Assembly (NCBI GenBank): GCA_051942205.1
Contig: JAVECO010000025.1
Span: 62,001-126,000 of the forward strand
Direction: 5' to 3'
DNA from: Coniocarpon cinnabarinum
Taxonomy: Eukaryota
Length of the DNA: 64,000 nucleotides
A program made the position numbers and the translations under genes. How positions within the stretch are numbered: the stretch's first letter is position 1; each line of letters opens with the position of its first letter. Positions 58,335 through 64,000 of this stretch are shown piece by piece. The notes beneath the pieces are model-generated. The model was not told the DNA's origin and searched no databases. It worked only from the letters and a program-made list of their open reading frames with translations.

Positions 58335-60513
58335 TCAACCCCAAGGACTCTGATTCTGTTGCGCGGGTTGACCAGGCCGTGGGAAAATTGGGTTTGTCTC
58401 AAGGTTCTCCAGCCCGCCCATGGTCCCTTGTTGGGACTGCCAGCCTGTACCGGTCTGTTGGTTGACAAATGAGCTTTGCCGGAAAGGATTCGTACTGCCA
58501 GTAGGCTGCGGCATCAGGGCGGTTGGAGGGTGAGTGGGTGAATCAACCTGTGCAGGGGAAGCCCGGGCAAACGGGTTGGTCCCCGTTCTTTGAGGCATTA
58601 TTGGCTGTGGTGCCTGAGGTTGTGATTGTTGTTGCGAATTCTGGGCGAAAGGAAGATGGCTTTGTGACATGAAGTTCTGAAAGCCCTGCGACCCAACGGG
58701 CTGTTGTATCGTCTGAGCAAACGGATTGGAACCTGTTTGTTGCGGTACTTGTGGAACGGGTGGAGTTGGAGATTGCATTGTAGAATTTGGCAGACCTGTT
58801 GCTTGGGGCATCATCGATTGTCGAAAAGGATTCGTCGATTGTTTCTGCAGTGGCTGCGGTTCCTGTTGTGACTGTGAGGAGAACTGCAGTGGAAGCTGGG
58901 ATTGTGACTGGTGCTGCTGATAACCATTTTGCTGAGCGTGACCGGTTTGCATTTGAGATTGCGGTCCGAAGCCTCCAAATCCTGCTCCAGTTGCCTGTGG
59001 CTGGATATGCTGCTGGGACGGTGACTGCTGCTGGAATTGATTGAAAGGATTCGTGGACTGTTGGATCAATGGCTGCTGTTGAAAATTTGAGAATCCAGTC
59101 TGTTGATTCGGCAGCTGCTGTTGGGTTGAGTTTGCGAATTGCGGTATAAAGTGTTGCTGCTGAAATTGGGCCGGGTTTTGTGCCATTGGTTGTTGATTTT
59201 GCTCGATTGACTCAAAGAAATCAATCAGATCTGGCGATGGACCTTTCCCGGCGCTTTCTGCCGGCTTGCTTGCTGGCGCCGGCGAAGGATCCGGAAATGT
59301 CGGCTTGGTGCTTGTTGTTGTCGAAGACTTTTCAGGGTTTGGCAATGGCTTCCCCGTCCGCTTCGCCTCCTGCGTACCAAGGTATTGCCGACGGTTAACA
59401 TCAAAGTCAGGGTCATTCAAATATTCTTCCAGGTGTGTTGCTAGACTTGTGGGAGCATGATGAATCTTTGGAATTTCTATTCTCGTGGCGCTTTCATACG
59501 ACCTTGCTTCAGAGAGGAACTTCATGACACGTTCTGTCAGGATCGCAAATTTCTTGTAGATAGCCAATGCCCTCTCTGCGTCTGGTTTGGACATTTCAAA
59601 ATAATGCTCTTTTGTCGGTTAGCCTGAAGTCTATAATGAATGATCATGTGGAAGGACGCACCCAATACATTGATTGTGGCTTCATTCATGACCTGAAATA
59701 GCTTCAGAAGGTCTAGTATTAGGAGACGAAAAGCCATCAAAGTGACGTCGTTTTCCGGCTCGTCACCAAAGAACTGCTGATTATCAGTAGCGATTCAACC
59801 AAGTTGACTGGCCTGCATACGTACATCGCACTTTACCAGAGCGGTGATAACCTCTTGCACGCTCTCTGTTTCTCGCAGCAAGCCTTTGTCGACAGGAAGT
59901 CGCTTAAGTCTCCCGGGGGCACCTTCAACAAAATCCTGTTTCGTTTTGCCATAGGAGCGCGCTCGCTCAGCAAGATATGTAGAATAGCATCGAAGGTTCC
60001 GTCCGTGTGTCTGCACTGCATGCAGGTCAGCTACTGTCTGGATTTCTGAATTTGGGTCATTGTCATTTTTTGCGGTCGCCATCCTCCGTCTGTGCGTGTT
60101 CAGAGAGACTGAATTTACAGACGACGCAAGCTCTAAGATACCACATGTTGATTCCACGTACAATCTGAATGGCTTGACAATGTCATAATCCCACGGTATT
60201 CTTGTGCCAAATATTGCAGGGTAGCTTCGGGTTGACCCTCTCGAATCATCAAGTGTATCACGATGAGGGCTTTGAATGGTACGGTCCATGTCGAGTCGCG
60301 TAGGCGTAACTGCAGGATGCGAAAGACCTCGGCGACACCGGCCTCCCCAGTGCGCGTTGCTTGAAGGACGTGGTCCACATGTTTCGATTTGGGAGGTGCG
60401 AGCTAGGTTGATGTCAGCGTTTGGCTTGGGCCTGTAAGCGGAGGACGAATGCTTACTTTGTACTTAGTTGCGCTCTTGACGGACCTCTCGTAAGAATGCA
60501 TGCCGGCAGGCAT
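58335..60513 (-). CDS. ANTH-domain clathrin adaptor (AP180/Yap1801-1802 family), 5 exons (introns 60403-60456, 60016-60161, 59774-59824, 59609-59661)
   Basis: SVKSATKYK|LAPPKSKHV, WTVPFKALIVIHLMIREG, GLLRETESVQ, INVLEHYFEMSK, DLIDFF and multiple NPF motifs in a Q-rich tail. Confidence 0.9.
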
Positions 60514-62035
60514 CTTGAGGTAGATTCCAAGATGAGCTGTGCGGCTTGCAAATCGCCCAGTGACTGAATCAAGTAAAAGAGGCAGCTGCGATAGAGAGAC
60601 TATCGCTCACCGTGGTCACGACTATGCTTCATGTTGTGCTGGGACTCATTTGAGACGAGCTGGCGATCGCAAGCGATTAGAAGCCGTGCATGATGACTTG
60701 TGATTGTCCAAAGGCAGCGCTGTATATCGGGAGTCAAGAAACAATTTTGGAGGGTGCCGTGGGTCGATCAGCTTCTTTGCGATATGTTCGGAAGAGAGGC
60801 TGAGCAGCCAAACACAAAAGTATTGATACTGGTGTTGAGTATGTATGAAGAAGCTCGGTGGCCCAATGATCACACAGGGACCTGGAGCTATCGGAAGCTC
60901 ACCCGTAAGAAGACGTGGCCGCTTTGGAAGGATCTTGTGATGTGGCTTGAACGCAAGATCAACACGCAAATGGTTTCAACAATCGTCATGCACACGGACG
61001 CGAGCGGTATGGTTACATTTGCAGCAGGGAGTCTACAATTCAACTAGTTTGTTGCTGCTGGGCCCTCGCCGTCCGCCATACGACTAGGAAATACATGTTC
61101 TCTTTCCTCCTTGGCACTACACCAACTAAACAATGCCGCTCACTCCTTCCATTTCAATTCAGAGATGCCTTCATTGCGATCGTTCATTGTAACAAGTGAG
61201 TTGTGCCGAACGCTGAGCTCATGCCGCATCCAGCTGCTGCCCCAGGACCACTGAAGCACTGTGATAGGAGAGTCGAGGGGCTGCGCCGGACGCAGATCGT
61301 AAGAACACGCTAGGCTTTCATCATCTAGTCGAATATCGTCAGTGGGGTTTGTGGATGGGACTTTGTATTGTCTGCTTACGTATTTGAACTGGAAGGATGG
61401 AGAGAAAAGTCTCGTCACTTTTTGGCGAAGATCTCATGAGATATCTCGGGCACTGCTGACTAATCATTTTCAGAATCACGTGACAATCCAGCTCTGAGGC
61501 GCCACGCATGTCTTAGGTACACCAGTGTTTCTCAATCTCGTCTCGAAGCGCTGAATGCCATTCAGAAACAACGAGAACGGGAGCCATGGTTGACTTCTGC
61601 TCCGATTGGCCCTCTACAAGCTTTCTGAGGCACAGTTCCAGTGCTATGCAAATGTTCTACCAAATAATAAGAGCGAATCGGTCGCAGGCAACCATAGTGC
61701 AGATCGGAATCGTGTACTAATGAAGTTTGTAACACAAGAGGTGTTACTGCTGCTTCGAGACAGGAAAGACGGGTATCTGGTTTGGTATTCCGGATCCTTA
61801 GAATGAGGGTTCGCTTTCACACATGGGTTAAATGAGTTAGATGGAATGCGGACGACAGTGACAGTGCAAAACTGCAAAGCCATGTACCTATTTATCGTCG
61901 CGACCACGGGAACATACCTACTGGCCAGCTTTCCCAATCGCTGAACAGCACCCCAACGCTGCAGACATCGTCCATGATTCACACCGCCTTTTCACATTCT
62001 ACAATTTGAAGTCTTCATCCTAGCCACACACTGCC

Positions 62036-62060
62036 TTCCCTTCCCTTCCCTTCCCTTCCC
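62036..62060. repeat. (TTCCC)5 microsatellite
   Basis: Five perfect pentamer copies upstream of the HORMA gene. Confidence 0.9.
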
Positions 62061-62203
62061 TTTTGTACTATCCTTAGTATGCTCTCTGGAGCGCACGACA
62101 GCTTGCACCCATGACGCCTCAATTGCACGCCTAAGGCGAAGAACATCCGTTTTCACAAGTACAGGTAGAACCGCAGCTGCTGTCGAATTTTCACGGTTTC
62201 CAA

Positions 62204-64000
62204 ATGCCACCCAACACGCGCTCAAAAAGGGCGCTCCGGTCCAAGTCCACGCTTGCAGCGTCTTCCAACATTCCTGCGAATCATTCGAAACAAACCCAAC
62301 TAAACTTCGAGCAAAGCCTGAATGCAGTCAAGGTGAACATTTATGGTTCGGTAAGTATTCCTTCGCCGGTCCGTTGGGAGGCATCTAGCGCTGCGACCTT
62401 CTGCTGACGTGATCAGTTGAGTGAATACCTCATGACCAGGTATGCATAGCTGGGTCTAAATCTGACCTCCAGGTCTGCTTAGCCTAGTTAGACGCTGTGT
62501 CGATCAAGCTGCCTTTGGTGCTCGTCAATACGTTCTGGCAAACCGTTCTCTAACATATGACCAAATAATCGGAAGTGTGGATGACACATCTTCGGGAGCG
62601 AGTAAAATTAACAAGGCCCAAGGTGCCTTGCAAGCCAACTTTCTCCTACGCCGGAGGGTATCACCGGGTGGGAACATGGTCCTAGATTGGCTTGTGAGCT
62701 GTCTCCTGAGCGGGCGTGAAAGAGCTGGACAGGATCTGATTACTGCTCATAGGAGAACGATGTGTTTCCCGCGCTGACTCAAAATGTGCTCAAAGCGATG
62801 GAGCTGCGCATACTGGAGTACGGTGGCCGGCGGACGATCGAAAGCTGCAAATTCATGCTTCAAACGCGATCGTCTTCCGTACAAAAGGACAACCTTGAGG
62901 GCGGCTGCTCAACCATGATTGATGTATCGCAGAGTCTTTGCAGGGCTCTGAGTCAACTTCACAAGGTTCTGCTGCCTCTAGCTGCCCTTCCCAGTAAGGT
63001 CACAGCGCTTCGTTCCATGAATTGTGCTCATTCAAGGGTCAGAGAGAAAAGAACTGCAGCTAGTCTTGTCCTTGGACCAGCCATCGGCACAGTTCAAAGC
63101 CTCATCGCTCTTCAAGCCGCTTCCGGATCCCAGCTACGACTTTGCCGTGTCTGACGAGTGGAGAATGGTGCGACAGAAAATGAAGGATCATTTGCACACG
63201 ATACTACACAAGTAGTACACCCGCTTCATGCAGTCGCTGTCCGCTTTCTGATGAAATCTTAGAATCATGTTTGCTGTCGAGCACCTTGAATTTCAATCGA
63301 AAGGCTCTCAGCAAAGCCCTGCCGCGATCCCGGAGAGGCTCCCTCTCACTGAGCACCGCGAGGTTGATGAGTTTTTCAGGTTTACGAAGAGACACAATTG
63401 GCGCAGAGAAAGCTCTTTGCACGACGAATCTGAGACTGAAGACGAGCAATCTACTGGCAGGTCTACACCAAGTCTGGATCGTGAGGCTGATATCTCGCAG
63501 CCTCTGAAAATAGACCATGGCTCAATACAACCTGATGACATGAGATGCTCGAGGGAGCTGCAAGCAATGGTTTGTTGAATCCTTCTCCATGACACTGGCG
63601 CGTTTCTGAGATGCACTGACGACATGTAGCGATCCGGCTTTCGAAAGCCTCTCGTGACGGCCAGCCAATTGACGGAAAGACTGTCTCAGACAGTCGCGAG
63701 TTTACCTGAGCGGTCTGACTTGACGTCAAAAATGTCAGCGCGTGAATGCTATGCGCTTGCATCATCATCAAATCCAGTCACGCCCGAGAACCCAACCTTT
63801 GATAGCAGCGCTTCGAATTGCCTAGCGAAGCGTCCTCGAGCCGGCAATGAGTCTGTGGCGTCTCCACGACCCTCAAAGCGCAGACAAAGCTTCTTTATAT
63901 CTGAACGCGTGTCGAAGACGTCCTCACGTGCGTCCTCAGAGCTGGCCGAAGCTGCTATGGCGGACGATGAAGATACTCAAGGTAGCGTAGGGCATGTCAA
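62204..64000 (+). CDS. Meiotic HORMA-domain protein, Hop1-like, 3'-truncated by the window edge (introns approx. 62351-62416, 62440-62491, 62694-62752, 62994-63042, 63212-63262, 63570-63629)
   Basis: Splicing gives one frame open to the window end. QSLNAVKVNIYGSLSEYLMTRR..LLRRRVSPGGNMVLDWLENDVFPALTQNVLKAMELRI..IESCKF..LAALP resembles the fungal Hop1 HORMA pattern (QS..V..R / LDWLE..VFDAL..L / ESY.F). Confidence 0.62.

Noticed and set aside
60016..60161. Alternative exon inside the long ANTH-gene intron
   Set aside because: The internal CAG acceptor leads to an in-frame TAG, and no internal donor was found.
1..64000. tRNA, rRNA, CRISPR array, TPP riboswitch, transposons
   Set aside because: No matching signatures seen by eye. 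The rRNA-like strings present are only short antisense guides within snoRNAs.

Overview
Gene-dense, intron-containing chromosomal segment of a filamentous ascomycete (Pezizomycotina; GT..CTRAC..YAG introns of roughly 50-200 nt). It carries about 19 protein genes: MSH6 (5'-truncated), a DUF3176-type membrane protein, BLM10, RPL8, an EngB-type GTPase, FMC1, COQ3, TFA2, MLP1/TPR, a PTH11-like membrane protein, an ING/PHO23-like PHD protein, a 10-exon ACC-synthase-like PLP enzyme that the ORF track misses, SCT1-type G3P acyltransferase, a WBP2-like protein, dynactin p27, an AP180/ANTH adaptor, a 3'-truncated HOP1-like HORMA gene, and several hypothetical proteins. The main hidden system lies in the ORF-poor gap at 15.75-17.06 kb: a spliced non-coding host transcript whose six consecutive introns each hold a box C/D snoRNA (snR78, 77, 76, 75, 74, 73, in the yeast order). 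The first snoRNA also carries the snR72 guide. Two others carry extra box-D guides that predict rRNA methylation sites I do not know from S. cerevisiae. All six end 49-55 nt upstream of their branch point. rRNA targets were assigned from my recollection of the conserved yeast rRNA sequence and numbering and need checking against this organism's rRNA. No tRNA, rRNA, transposon or CRISPR array was seen.
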